This document shows, piece after piece, positions 39,168 through 49,863 of a DNA stretch of 64,000 nt. A program made the position numbers and the translations under genes. Position 1 is the first letter of the stretch; every line of letters starts with the position of its first letter. Under the pieces are notes generated by a model. It saw only the letters and a list, made by a program, of their open reading frames with translations, did not search any database and had not been told where the DNA came from. The DNA comes from Chryseolinea sp. GTDB taxonomy: Bacteria; Bacteroidota; Bacteroidia; Cytophagales; Cyclobacteriaceae. The DNA lies in NCBI GenBank assembly GCA_039916665.1, contig JBDSKX010000061.1, forward strand, positions 57,055 to 121,054, in the 5' to 3' direction.

Positions 39168-42100
39168 TTAGAATTTAACATTGAGGTTAAAACCATACGA
39201 TCTCGTAGAAGGCAGACTGTTACCCTCAATACCGGCGTATTTCACAACGGAAGAAAATCCTGCTTCCGGATCTATGTTGTCCAGCTTGCTCATAAGCGTA
39301 GCCAGGTTACGTGCCACAAATGAAATACTCACGCTTTGAACAGGGAAAGCGCCAAACACGGACTTAGGGATCGTGTAACCCAACGTTACCTGACGAAGTT
39401 TGATAAAGCTTGCATCGAGTACGTTAAGTTTAGATACATTGTTAACATAACCTCTGTAGAAATCCTGAGCGTCTGTTTTCACTTCATTTACTGAACCATC
39501 CGCGTGCACGCCGTCAAAGGTCACACCACCTTCACGACCTTCAAGAGTCATTGTGTTTAAGCCGTTGTAGATAGAGTAGTGGTTGGTGGCGGAAAGTACT
39601 TTGTTCCCAAATTTCCCGTCGATCAGGAATGCGAGCGCAATTCCCTTGTAAGTGAAGGTGTTGTTAATACCGCCGTAAGTCTTTGGCAATACACTTCCCA
39701 TTGGCACCAGAGCTCCTCGAACGGGAATACCAGCATCGTCGACGATGATCTGACCGTTGGGGTTACGTGAGTAATCGTATGCCATAACCTGTGGACCACT
39801 CAGACCTTTCACATAAGCAGTGTTGGCATTAAGCGGGCGATAGGTTCCTAAAGTAAGCGTTGTGTTTGTGCTTCCGTCTCCGTAGATATCTTCGATCTTA
39901 TTCTTCAACGCAGTGAAGTTGAAGGAGACATCCCAACTGAAGGCTCCGTTTTTGATAGGCGAGCCGGTCAACAATAATTCCACCCCTTTGTTGGAAGTTG
40001 AACCCGTGGCGATGTATCCGCTTTCGCGACCCGTAGCTCTGGACAAAGCACCATTGATGATTTCATTCTTCGTCTTTCTGTCAAAATACGTCACGTCTAG
40101 TCCGAGCCGATTATTGAAGAACTTGATTTCAGTTCCTACTTCAAATTCTCCCAGCGTGAATGGCTTGAGGAACAAGTTGGGAAGTGATGCATTGAATGAC
40201 CCTGTAGACGTTCCGTTAAGTGTTGATCCTACGCTGTAATACTGAGATGTCTGGTACGGCTCATCCGGTTCACCACTCACCTGTCCGTACGACGCTCTGA
40301 ATTTACCATAGCTGATTTCAGGAACGTGTATCAGATCGCCAAATATGAAACTGCCGGTAACGGAAGAAGTAAAGATGCTGTTATTGTTTGCCGGGAGCGT
40401 TGAGTAAACATCATAACGTCCAGTGGTTGATAATGTCAGGATTGACTTGTAAGTAAAGTCGGCAGTGTAATATGCAGAATGAACTTCGCGTTTCTTGTAG
40501 TCGTAAGTTCTATTGAACGTTGTAACGTTATTGTAACTATAGAAGTAAGGAATAACGAACTGGTTTCCGTTGAGGCCAAGTTGTTCAAAATTATTCTTTC
40601 TAAGGTTGGCACCGGCTGCGATATCTACACTAAAGTCGGATGTGATGGCTTTGCTAAATCCCAGAAGAACATCAGTATTCATCTCAGAGCGTTGTGCTCT
40701 TGAAAGCTCCTGCAAATTTCCGGATTTAAGGTTGGTGTACGCAGTACCCCATGGCTCAACTTTAAAGGTCCTGTCGTTGGATATATCATATCCAAGACGT
40801 CCTTGCAGGAACAACCACTTGGTGATATCATAACGTGCCGTCACGATAGAAATCAATCTCTTGCGATCAACGTTATTTTTGTATTGATTCACAACGAACC
40901 AGGGATTGGTGACATAAATGTCATCTCTCCAGGTTTGTTCTGCGCCATTATTGTTCACATCGTAACCCGGGTTGAGTACTGAATTATCGATGTTTGTTGC
41001 CAATGTGTTGATGTTGTTGGCATTCATCGGCCCATCGCTCAGCTGTGGTTTGTTTTTGTTTGCGTCGTCGATATAGTTGGCGACCACACCAATCTTAATC
41101 TTTTTCGTAAGATTCTGCTCGATGTTCAGGTTCACTGTTCTTCGGGTAAGCCCGCTGTTTCGCAGGATGGCCTTGTTGTCCATATTTGACATCGAGAGTC
41201 TGAATGATCCTTGCTCGCCGCCCTTGGAGACTGAAACCGTATTTGTCCAAGTCGGCGCAGTTCTGTAAAACGTAGCGATGTTATCTTTCACCGCGCTGTA
41301 GGGATAATTTTTACCGTCAAATTGAATGGTTGGTGAGCCATCAAGTTTTGCGCCCCAGCTATATGCACCGCTCGCCAATGCGCCCGCCGCAGTGGTTGGT
41401 TTTGCGCCATGCTGACCCTGGCCATAATCGTATTGGAAATCAGTGTAGTTGATAGCCTTCTCCATCTGATAAGTTCCATTGTATTCAATGCTGAGATCGC
41501 CGCGCTTACCTTTCTTAGTAGTGATGATGATAACGCCGTTTGCTGCGCGTGATCCGTACAACGCAGAAGCAGCGGCACCCTTAAGCACAGTCATGTCAGC
41601 TATATCATCAGGATTGATGTTTGAAATTCCATCTCCCTGATCTGCACCGCCCCATTCTCCGGCGGCACCGCGTTGGGTATTATCAATTGGAACCCCGTTG
41701 ATAACAAAGAGTGGGGTACTGGCACCAAAGCTTGAAAGACCTCTTAACATAATGCGGGCTGAAGAACCAGGACCGCCATTTGTTCCACTTACGCTCAAAC
41801 CTGCAACACGACCTGCGAGCGACAACGCAACGTTAGTCTCGCGCGCCTTGCTCATCAGATCACCACTAACTTTTGAAACAGAGTAGCCGATCTGTTCATC
41901 TTTTTTCTCAATACCGAGCGCCGTTACCACGACTTCGCCCAATTGAGTAGCATCTTCTGCCAGGGTTACATTGATTGTTGTTTGAGTTCCCACCGGTAGC
42001 TCTTGAGAGGTGAATCCGATAAAAGAGAAAACCAGGACGGCATCAGAGCCTCCTGCATTAACTGTAAATAAACCATCGCTGTCGGTAGTTGTTCCGGTGC

Positions 42101-42263
42101 TACTTCCTTTAACAATTACGTTGACACCAGGTAGTGGTGAACCATCAGAAGCAGCTGTGACTTTGCCGCTTACTGTTGCATTTTGCCCGTGCGCCATGCT
42201 AAGCATGCAAAGGCACAGAGCCAAGACCATCAATGGTCTTTTCTTCAGTAAAGCTTTCTTCAT
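39168..42263 (-). CDS. SusC/RagA TonB-dependent transporter #2 (no STN domain)
   Basis: PLPGVNVIVKG, EVVVTALGI, VLKGAAASALYGSRAANGVI, ends GFNLNVKF. Confidence 0.96.
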   Translation of the reverse strand: MKKALLKKRPLMVLALCLCMLSMAHGQNATVSGKVTAASDGSPLPGVNVIVKGSSTGTTTDSDGLFTVNAGGSDAVLVFSFIGFTSQELPVGTQTTINVTLAEDATQLGEVVVTALGIEKKDEQIGYSVSKVSGDLMSKARETNVALSLAGRVAGLSVSGTNGGPGSSARIMLRGLSSFGASTPLFVINGVPIDNTQRGAAGEWGGADQGDGISNINPDDIADMTVLKGAAASALYGSRAANGVIIITTKKGKRGDLSIEYNGTYQMEKAINYTDFQYDYGQGQHGAKPTTAAGALASGAYSWGAKLDGSPTIQFDGKNYPYSAVKDNIATFYRTAPTWTNTVSVSKGGEQGSFRLSMSNMDNKAILRNSGLTRRTVNLNIEQNLTKKIKIGVVANYIDDANKNKPQLSDGPMNANNINTLATNIDNSVLNPGYDVNNNGAEQTWRDDIYVTNPWFVVNQYKNNVDRKRLISIVTARYDITKWLFLQGRLGYDISNDRTFKVEPWGTAYTNLKSGNLQELSRAQRSEMNTDVLLGFSKAITSDFSVDIAAGANLRKNNFEQLGLNGNQFVIPYFYSYNNVTTFNRTYDYKKREVHSAYYTADFTYKSILTLSTTGRYDVYSTLPANNNSIFTSSVTGSFIFGDLIHVPEISYGKFRASYGQVSGEPDEPYQTSQYYSVGSTLNGTSTGSFNASLPNLFLKPFTLGEFEVGTEIKFFNNRLGLDVTYFDRKTKNEIINGALSRATGRESGYIATGSTSNKGVELLLTGSPIKNGAFSWDVSFNFTALKNKIEDIYGDGSTNTTLTLGTYRPLNANTAYVKGLSGPQVMAYDYSRNPNGQIIVDDAGIPVRGALVPMGSVLPKTYGGINNTFTYKGIALAFLIDGKFGNKVLSATNHYSIYNGLNTMTLEGREGGVTFDGVHADGSVNEVKTDAQDFYRGYVNNVSKLNVLDASFIKLRQVTLGYTIPKSVFGAFPVQSVSISFVARNLATLMSKLDNIDPEAGFSSVVKYAGIEGNSLPSTRSYGFNLNVKF

Positions 42264-42425
42264 AGATTATTTGGGTTGATTAATTAATGGACAATGAAGC
42301 GGACACAACTGTGCCTGACTTTATTACCATTTTGCTCCAAACGGTTGGAAATCTGGATTCTAACCTGATAATCTAAAATTATTTTGGACTCTTAGTGTTT
42401 GATGGAATTTTCCGGCGAGAGCAGG

Positions 42426-44009
42426 CTAGTCGATATCCCAAAAGATCTTTCCGGTCCGTCGATCCTTACCTTTCACTTTTGTATAGTTCGGATTAAACGT
42501 CTTTTCACTGGTTGGATAATCAAGCCTTGACGGAGGTAATTCAAAACCGCTCAACGGTGCCGGCAAAAACTCAATCTCGGGTTGATTCGTTCTGCGCAAT
42601 TCTGACCATGCATCAATTGACTGAAGGAAACTAAAGTGAGCCCATTTCTGGGTGTAAATGAGGTTTAATCTATCGGATTGGCTACCCCCATAGTGAACAC
42701 CAGGACGCTGAAGGAACGTAGTAATTGTTTGTTCCGAAGGTGGCGATAACTTTCTGCTTGCAAAAGTGTTTAAATGATTGAGATGGAAGTAGAAGCTTAT
42801 TGAGTGTCGCAGACCTTGCTCGTAAGCTAACGCGGCATCGCCACCACCCCATCTTTCAAATACTTCAGCTTTTAGAAAATCAACTTCAGCAACCGTCATC
42901 ACTACGCCAGGAAGTTGGCTGTTAAGAAGAAATGTAACGGAATCAAGTATTGCATAATTACCCAGATTACTTTGTTGCTGAATTCTGTCAGCGTTCCAAG
43001 GCATGGCGCGATAGTCATCATTGGCAATGAAAGTGGTTCCTGCAGATAATCCATACTTGTCGAACATAACAGGAATGCGCGGATCGTCGACGGGTTTCAT
43101 CACCTTTTCCAGCAAATAATAAGGTGCCGGATAGTTTGTCCAGTCCGTGAAGGCGGCATGGAGATCGTCGGTGTATGTCGTCAATGGACTTAGCAACACA
43201 TCATTAACTCCCGGTTCGTATTGGTCACCCGTTGACAGTGGATATTTCTTTGGATCGGACAACATGTCGAGCACCTGAACTCTCGCGGTTGCTTCATCAA
43301 CATTCGACGTGCGCATCAGCAGACGCAATCGCAGCGCGTTGCCATACCGTTGCCACATCTGAGTATTTCCATGCAGAAGGATATCCTGCTGGGCGAAAAG
43401 GCTCTTTACTGCATCAGTCATTGAGTGAGTCGCCAGAAATTCTGTTGCCACTGCCAGATCAGTAATAATCTGAGCATACACTTTAGAGTCCTCATCAAAG
43501 TCAGGATATACAACTGCCCCCGTTTCGTTCAGTAATCCAGCCTGTGAAAAGGGGATGTCACCCCAGAGATCAACCATATCTGCTGCATGATCCGACAATA
43601 TAATTTTTCCAGCTTCCATAAAAATTCTCCACTGGTCTTTGTCTGTTTCAGAAAGTGTGTTGAATATCTTTTCCATTTCACGATAGTGTGCTACAACGCC
43701 AGCGCCATTCGAACTTGGACGATAAAAGTCATTCCATCGTTCCTGGACATATTGATCATTCTGCTGATAAACAAATTCGTTGTTAAGGTATCCGACAGTT
43801 TGAGAATAAATGCCGATATGCCAGTTTACAATAGTGCTCACTTCCCAGTAAGAAGGTCGTACGCGGTTGTCATCCAGCATCCGTGTGAATAATTTGTCAA
43901 TCGTAGGAGACTCGTTTTTATCTGGACTTAGATAACGATCCTCAAGCTGATTTTGACATGAGATCATTGTCAGGAGCAGGAAAAGCCATTTGATGGTCTT
44001 CGCATTCAT
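42426..44009 (-). CDS. SusD/RagB-family (SusD-like_2) lipoprotein #1
   Basis: Lipobox MISC-QNQLED, WGDIPFSQA, WSELRRT, IFWD. Confidence 0.92.
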   Translation of the reverse strand: MNAKTIKWLFLLLTMISCQNQLEDRYLSPDKNESPTIDKLFTRMLDDNRVRPSYWEVSTIVNWHIGIYSQTVGYLNNEFVYQQNDQYVQERWNDFYRPSSNGAGVVAHYREMEKIFNTLSETDKDQWRIFMEAGKIILSDHAADMVDLWGDIPFSQAGLLNETGAVVYPDFDEDSKVYAQIITDLAVATEFLATHSMTDAVKSLFAQQDILLHGNTQMWQRYGNALRLRLLMRTSNVDEATARVQVLDMLSDPKKYPLSTGDQYEPGVNDVLLSPLTTYTDDLHAAFTDWTNYPAPYYLLEKVMKPVDDPRIPVMFDKYGLSAGTTFIANDDYRAMPWNADRIQQQSNLGNYAILDSVTFLLNSQLPGVVMTVAEVDFLKAEVFERWGGGDAALAYEQGLRHSISFYFHLNHLNTFASRKLSPPSEQTITTFLQRPGVHYGGSQSDRLNLIYTQKWAHFSFLQSIDAWSELRRTNQPEIEFLPAPLSGFELPPSRLDYPTSEKTFNPNYTKVKGKDRRTGKIFWDID

Positions 44010-44010
44010 A

Positions 44011-47000
44011 TTAGAAACCCATTCGTATTGAGAATCCATAACTCCGTGTTGCTGCTTCAGAGCCTTCATCTATTCCCTGATTCAACCAGCTCGAACCGAT
44101 GGTTGTTTCAGGATCGAGGTTTTCCAGTGTGCGATAGACATAGAAAACGTTTCGCGCGATCAATGATAGTTGGATCTGGTTCATGTGAAGCCTTGATACT
44201 ACAGTCTGAGGAATGGAATAGATGAGCGCAATTTCCCGAACTTTGAGATAAGTGTTATTATAGATCATGCCGTTGTCGTTCCATGCATTGTTCCCCCAAT
44301 CAAATGTATTGAGATAGTACGATGCAGCGTCGATGATCGTGGAGTTGGGTCTGCCTTCTCCATTTACACCTGGGAGTATCAGACCATCATGATAGATTGT
44401 TTTTCCAGCAGGGACCTGACCATTGACAAGAGTGTTCTCGCCTGCATCGTTAACATAATATGCTAAACCTCCATGTGCCTCGTCACGATATTGAAGTGTG
44501 TTTTTATAGAGTCCGGAACCTTTGCCATATTTCAAAGAAGGAGAAACAATTTGCCCGCCAATACTGTAATCCATTTGTAGGTGGAATGATAAATTCTTGT
44601 AGGAAAGTGAGTTGCCTAGCCCGCCAGTTGCCCGGGGAAGGATGTTGCCAGTTCTCACGTACTTGCTCTTGTCAATGACATACATGCCATCGTCCTGAAT
44701 GACCGGATTATTTTGCGAGTCGGTCAGCCGCGGATGAGAGTAAATATTCCCAATCCGTTGACCCGGTTCGGCGACGATCTGCACCGAGCCACCTTCGAGG
44801 TCACGAAAGACCAGTTGATCGATACCTTTGACGAGGTGATTCAACGTCGTGCTGTTGACGGCTGCGTTAAACGTTGTTGTCCATGAGAAGCGTCCCGTCA
44901 CAGGAACTCCTTTTAGTGCAAGTTCCCAACCACGACTTCTTAGTACGCCTACATTTGTCAGTATTCTCGAAGCACCAACACTTGCCGGGAGATCAAGTTT
45001 AAGGATTTGATCCTTCGTCCTGCTTTGATAATATGTGAGGTCGATGCCAATTCTATTGTTGATCATCCATATCTCCGTTCCAATTTCGAGTTCATGTCGT
45101 AGTTCGGGTTTGATTCTGTTGTTGCCATAAAGATTGCCATTTGTGCCAGCTGATGTAACAGGACCTTTAACTGTTTGCAAGGTTGTCAACTCATACAATA
45201 CGTTGGCCTCGTATGGTGGCGGAGCATTACCGACTACGCCATATGATGTTCTTAGCTTTCCGTAGTTAATGAACGATGGCAGCTTGAAGGCTTCTGAAAA
45301 AATAAAACCTGAATTTACAGAAGGGTAGAAGTAGCTGTTGTTTCCTGGTGGAAGCGTTGAGGAAGATTCCTGGCGCCCCGTAGCTTGCAGATAAAAAATA
45401 TCTTTATAACTAAAGTCTGCTATTCCGAGGAATGCGTATTTCAGAATACTTGAAGTCGTTTGCCTGACGGTGAGTGAAGGAAAAAACGAGTTTTTGAAGT
45501 CGAACCAATTTTCAAGAACAAGTCCCCCGTTTGTGGAAGTTGAAACGTCTTTATATTGTTCATTTCGGATTTGGAATCCGCCATTTGCTGTAAAATTGAA
45601 ATTTCTCGAGATCTTTTTGGAATAGGTAGCCAACGCTTCTGCAAACATGAATGAATAGTTGCCGTGGGCTTGACCATATGATCCTGTACTGGTAGTGCCG
45701 TTGAAAGCAGTAGGGTATTCGTTGTGCTGTTTGGTCTCCATGGATTGCCGCGTCAAATCGGTGCCGAAGCGACCGCGTAAAGAAAGGTCTTTGTGAAGTT
45801 TATAATTTAATGTGACACTTGAAATCAGGCGGTTTGACTTTTCATTTTCGCTATTCTTCAGTTGCTGCCAGAGCAAATCCATGACGTCATATCCTTTTGG
45901 CGTTGTATACTTCAATGCTTCTTCGGGATTGCGTTGGGACTGGTCATAGGGTACCCATTTGTAACCTTCGCTAGTTTGATATTTGTCGAAGAAGTTAGTC
46001 ATGTTTTCTGCGCGACTGTAAAACCCTGACCAGCTTGACGCCAGTCGATAAAGCTTCATCGGGCGATTGTGGACAAAGCTATTGGAAAAGTATGTCACAA
46101 CATCCGCGCTAAGGCGATCACTGAACTTATATGACATGTTCAGATTAAAAGTATTTCTGTTAAGTTTTCCGCCGACCTGAATTCCTTCGTAAGTATTGTT
46201 AGTGTAGGATAGACGATATGATAGCTTGTCTGCTTTGTCCGACAATGCAATATTAAAGATTGAGTTGTAGCCATCGCGGTGTAAGTTTTTGTAGTTGTTG
46301 GGCTGAGCTTCGTATGACTTTGTAGTGCCATCCCACCATTGTACCTGTTGTCCCTGTAGGGCGGGGCCAAATTGCGCGTTGCTTTCGAAAAGCGGTCTTC
46401 TCGAATCGTGGACCCCATCATTGTTGTTGTCAACCTGTACCCAGCCATCGGCATCTGCACCCATGGCGATATTTCTGGCGCGACTGAAGCCCGGCCCATA
46501 GGAATTTTGGAATTTGGGCGTGAAAGCTGCCTTCTCACGTGTAGCTGTATAGTTAATCGTAACACCGACGCCTTTCTTTTTAACTCCCTTCTTCGTATTG
46601 ATCAGGACCACACCACCCCCTGCATCTGACCCGTATAATGCAGTAGCACTCGCACCTTTGAGGACAGTCATTGTTTCGATGTCTTCGGGACTGATATCAA
46701 GAATTCCGTTTCCGCGGATACGCGTATCAGTGTAATAGTCGTCGTTGTTAAGACCTGCCTGTCCTTTTTCATTCGCATCACGCATCGGGATACCGTCGAT
46801 TACGAACAAAGGCTGCGAATTGTAGTTAAGCGAATTGAAACCTCTTATCTGCACCGATACTGCGCTGGTTGCACCACCAGGTGCAGTCCGGATTCTCATA
46901 CCTGGCACTTTGCCATACATCGTTGATACAATGTTTGTGTTTCCAACACCATTCAAATCCGCGGCATGTAGGGTGGCAGTTGAATATCCAACACTTCTTT

Positions 47001-47682
47001 GTTTTCGGTCGATACCAAGGGCAGTAACAATTATTTCGGTAAGTGGCTGAAGGTTTTCGCGGAGCATCACGTTAACAGGTTGATTGGTCAGTACAGGCGC
47101 TTCGAGCCTACTCAGTCCGACGTAGGAGAATACAAGTGTATCGTTTGTATTGAATTCACCATACAATGCGTAGTCACCTTTGACGTTTGTAGTGCCGCCG
47201 ATGTTTCTGCCTTTAACAACAATGTTAACACCTTGCAAAGGTGATCCTGTAACGTTTCTCACCCTTCCGTTGAGCGAAGAAAAGGTTGCAAGGTTATTAC
47301 TGTCAGCATTTCCTCCTGAATCGGAAATAGGAAAAATCACAAAGATGTTTTCCTGGATGTTTTTCACTTTTCGAATACCAAGGCCAGCCCCACTGAGAAT
47401 GTCGCGGACATAATCTTCCAAACTGTCAGTGAGCAGGGGCGATGGATCGATGTATTTGCCTGATAGATTTTGCTTTTGATAGGCAAAGCTGACGTTGTTA
47501 TTTTCTTCCAGCTTTTCGAGCCAATCAATGATCGATACCTGTCCTGCCTTTGGACCAGGTCGATCTATTTTTTTAACACGTCCTTTGAATGCGAGACTTT
47601 GACCAAAAGATGAAGGACAAAAAGTAATGATGCCACCAAATGTCAGCATTGCTACAATCAATCCAACGAGAGAAACGCGCAT
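44011..47682 (-). CDS. SusC/RagA TonB-dependent transducer #1 with an N-terminal STN signalling domain
   Basis: About 110-aa N-terminal extension (LEKLEE...VSFAY...ILSGAGL), VLKGASATALYGS, ends GFSIRMGF. Confidence 0.95.
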   Translation of the reverse strand: MRVSLVGLIVAMLTFGGIITFCPSSFGQSLAFKGRVKKIDRPGPKAGQVSIIDWLEKLEENNNVSFAYQKQNLSGKYIDPSPLLTDSLEDYVRDILSGAGLGIRKVKNIQENIFVIFPISDSGGNADSNNLATFSSLNGRVRNVTGSPLQGVNIVVKGRNIGGTTNVKGDYALYGEFNTNDTLVFSYVGLSRLEAPVLTNQPVNVMLRENLQPLTEIIVTALGIDRKQRSVGYSTATLHAADLNGVGNTNIVSTMYGKVPGMRIRTAPGGATSAVSVQIRGFNSLNYNSQPLFVIDGIPMRDANEKGQAGLNNDDYYTDTRIRGNGILDISPEDIETMTVLKGASATALYGSDAGGGVVLINTKKGVKKKGVGVTINYTATREKAAFTPKFQNSYGPGFSRARNIAMGADADGWVQVDNNNDGVHDSRRPLFESNAQFGPALQGQQVQWWDGTTKSYEAQPNNYKNLHRDGYNSIFNIALSDKADKLSYRLSYTNNTYEGIQVGGKLNRNTFNLNMSYKFSDRLSADVVTYFSNSFVHNRPMKLYRLASSWSGFYSRAENMTNFFDKYQTSEGYKWVPYDQSQRNPEEALKYTTPKGYDVMDLLWQQLKNSENEKSNRLISSVTLNYKLHKDLSLRGRFGTDLTRQSMETKQHNEYPTAFNGTTSTGSYGQAHGNYSFMFAEALATYSKKISRNFNFTANGGFQIRNEQYKDVSTSTNGGLVLENWFDFKNSFFPSLTVRQTTSSILKYAFLGIADFSYKDIFYLQATGRQESSSTLPPGNNSYFYPSVNSGFIFSEAFKLPSFINYGKLRTSYGVVGNAPPPYEANVLYELTTLQTVKGPVTSAGTNGNLYGNNRIKPELRHELEIGTEIWMINNRIGIDLTYYQSRTKDQILKLDLPASVGASRILTNVGVLRSRGWELALKGVPVTGRFSWTTTFNAAVNSTTLNHLVKGIDQLVFRDLEGGSVQIVAEPGQRIGNIYSHPRLTDSQNNPVIQDDGMYVIDKSKYVRTGNILPRATGGLGNSLSYKNLSFHLQMDYSIGGQIVSPSLKYGKGSGLYKNTLQYRDEAHGGLAYYVNDAGENTLVNGQVPAGKTIYHDGLILPGVNGEGRPNSTIIDAASYYLNTFDWGNNAWNDNGMIYNNTYLKVREIALIYSIPQTVVSRLHMNQIQLSLIARNVFYVYRTLENLDPETTIGSSWLNQGIDEGSEAATRSYGFSIRMGF

Positions 47683-47709
47683 GTTTCGGTCCAGATATGG
47701 TGAAACGGA

Positions 47710-48714
47710 TCAATGTATCTCCGCCTTTCGAATATAGAGACGGTTTTCCTTTTCTTCAATCTTTATCTCAAGAGCCTGACTGAGCACCTCAACCAGCACT
47801 TTTAAATCGTTGGCGGGAACTCTGGCGGTGACTCTTTTTTTCAGAAGAGATGTATCGGTTGAGATAACCACCTTACCAAACGTCTCTTTAATGTTGTCAG
47901 CGACTACAGAAAGTGGCACGTCATTCATCACATACTGATTTTTCAACCATGCAAGATTATCTTCGGCTTTCGTGTCTGCAAGTTTTCGCACGGCTATCGT
48001 ATTTGCACCATTAACAATGCTCGCTTCGTCTCCAGGACTTAAAGTCTCTTCAGCATTTCCTTTTGTCAGTTTTATTTTTCCTGACTGAAGATAAATCTTT
48101 ACTGCGTTGTTGCGACAGTTAACATTGAAAGAGGTTCCGTGGACATGAATCTCTATACCATTATTGGTATGGACAATGAACGGGGAATTATTAGCGGTAT
48201 GGACAACTTCAAAGAAAGCGTCACCATCGACAGTTACATTCCGAGCATCTGAGTTGAAATGGGCGGACTCAACTTGCAATATTGAACCTGCATTGAGCGT
48301 AATGGATGTTCCATCCTCAAGCGTAATCTTCTTCGTTTCGCCGTATCCTGTTGTATATAATATAGTGTCATTGGTCTTCGACTGAAACCTGTAGGTTGCA
48401 AATGCAATTATCATCAATCCAGCAACAGCAGCGGCTACTTTGTAAATCATTGCTCTCCTTGAGTTGATGTGTGAGTAATTTTGGTGGATTTGCTGCCACG
48501 TTTCAAGGAATGCAACATTGGCGGTCTCGTCAGTGGACAATCCCGTAAGGCGCACCAATTCCACAGCCTGATGTAGTGTTTCTTTTTTGTGGGGGTATTG
48601 TTCGAGAAATTCCGCCCAATCACGGTTAGAACGAATGTTTGGAGCTAAAGCCCACTCCTGAAAATACTTATCGAGCGCAAATTGCTCTGGCGAGTAAAGC
48701 CTATAATGGTTCAT
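47710..48714 (-). CDS. FecR-family anti-sigma factor
   Basis: N-terminal F..D.YFQEW, TM helix, ITLEDGTSITLNAGS, GDAFFEV, VHGTSFNV. Confidence 0.92.
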   Translation of the reverse strand: MNHYRLYSPEQFALDKYFQEWALAPNIRSNRDWAEFLEQYPHKKETLHQAVELVRLTGLSTDETANVAFLETWQQIHQNYSHINSRRAMIYKVAAAVAGLMIIAFATYRFQSKTNDTILYTTGYGETKKITLEDGTSITLNAGSILQVESAHFNSDARNVTVDGDAFFEVVHTANNSPFIVHTNNGIEIHVHGTSFNVNCRNNAVKIYLQSGKIKLTKGNAEETLSPGDEASIVNGANTIAVRKLADTKAEDNLAWLKNQYVMNDVPLSVVADNIKETFGKVVISTDTSLLKKRVTARVPANDLKVLVEVLSQALEIKIEEKENRLYIRKAEIH

Positions 48715-48984
48715 GGTCCGGGTAAACAATCCTGTTAAAATAATCAACCAAAATGAAATAGCCTACACGAAACAAAGTCTCCACGTGGGGATTCTGGTGT
48801 TTACCAGGAAGGCATTCTAGGGTAAGACGGGCAAAAAGTGAATTTCTCCTCCCTCGTGGCTGAATTTAATTTCGCAGACCCCAAATAATCTGGCAAAGTC
48901 ACGAAAAAATGGTCATACGGCCCTGTTCTGCAAGAGTACTACTTCAATGCGATAACTTTATTGAAAACAAGGAAATACGAACGC

Positions 48985-49376
48985 CGTATGAGGATCTCGA
49001 ATTCGGTGAACTTTCACTCAAGAATACCGAATCGTCTGAAGTAAAGAAATTTGCACAGACGATGATTAACGACCATACCAAAGCCGGCAATGAGTCAAAG
49101 GCTTTGGCACAAAGAGGAACATTTCTGTTCCTACCAACCTGAGCGCTGATCATCAAAAAAAGTATGATGAGTTCGCTTCGAAAAAGGTGGCGACTTTGAA
49201 AAAGAGTATACGGCACTCATGGTGAATGATCATGAGGAAGTTGCAGATGCCTTGAAAAAGAAATCGACAAAGGCGGCGACATGGAAATAAAACCTTGGGC
49301 CACGAAAACTTTACCAACAATTGAACATCACCTAATGATGGCTCAACAAATGGATAGGTCGGTCAGTTGCAAGTGA
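48985..49376 (+). pseudogene. DUF4142 protein relic (5'-truncated, three 1-nt deletions)
   Basis: VKKFAQTMINDHTKA / NISVPTNLSADHQKKYD / DFEKEYTALMVNDHE / WATKTLPTIEHHLMMA lie in successively shifted frames. Confidence 0.8.
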
Positions 49377-49420
49377 AACTTTATATAACGTACGATCATT
49401 TTCAAGTATTGACCCGCAAT

Positions 49421-49455
49421 AAAAAACTGCCCAGCCTTGAATGGACAGTTTTTTT
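49421..49455. terminator. Intrinsic terminator
   Basis: AAAAAACTGCCCA-GCCTTGAA-TGGACAGTTTTTTT. Confidence 0.65.
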
Positions 49456-49622
49456 AAGCACTCTTGTGATGGTAGTCATGTTGCTTGGGGTTATGCCCTG
49501 GGGTAAAAGTCTACAATGAGTTGTTATACGTGATGTTGAACCAGCGTCAATAAACGTTTTCGGAGCCATTTTAAAATCGTCATTCGATTTGCTGCAGGAA
49601 GTCAGACTTTAATGCGCGAGAA

Positions 49623-49811
49623 ATGATATTAACACTTTTAAGTTGCCTGCTTGGTCAGATGGCCGGTGTTTCAGTGATGGGCTATGACTACTTGCATCCA
49701 GACGAAAAATTGCTTTCATCCTGGTCAATGAAATTCTGGACAGGATACGTCATATCTTTAAGTTTTACGGGAATCATGTATCTGTATGCAACTGCGGATG
49801 GTCTGGGTTAA
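49623..49811 (+). CDS. Possible 62-aa membrane protein
   Basis: ATG start and two hydrophobic stretches; no recognised family. Confidence 0.35.
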   Translation: MILTLLSCLLGQMAGVSVMGYDYLHPDEKLLSSWSMKFWTGYVISLSFTGIMYLYATADGLG

Positions 49812-49863
49812 ATGGTGCCAGTCCTGTTGGCGAAGTCCGCTAATTCATAATTAATTCGCGTTT

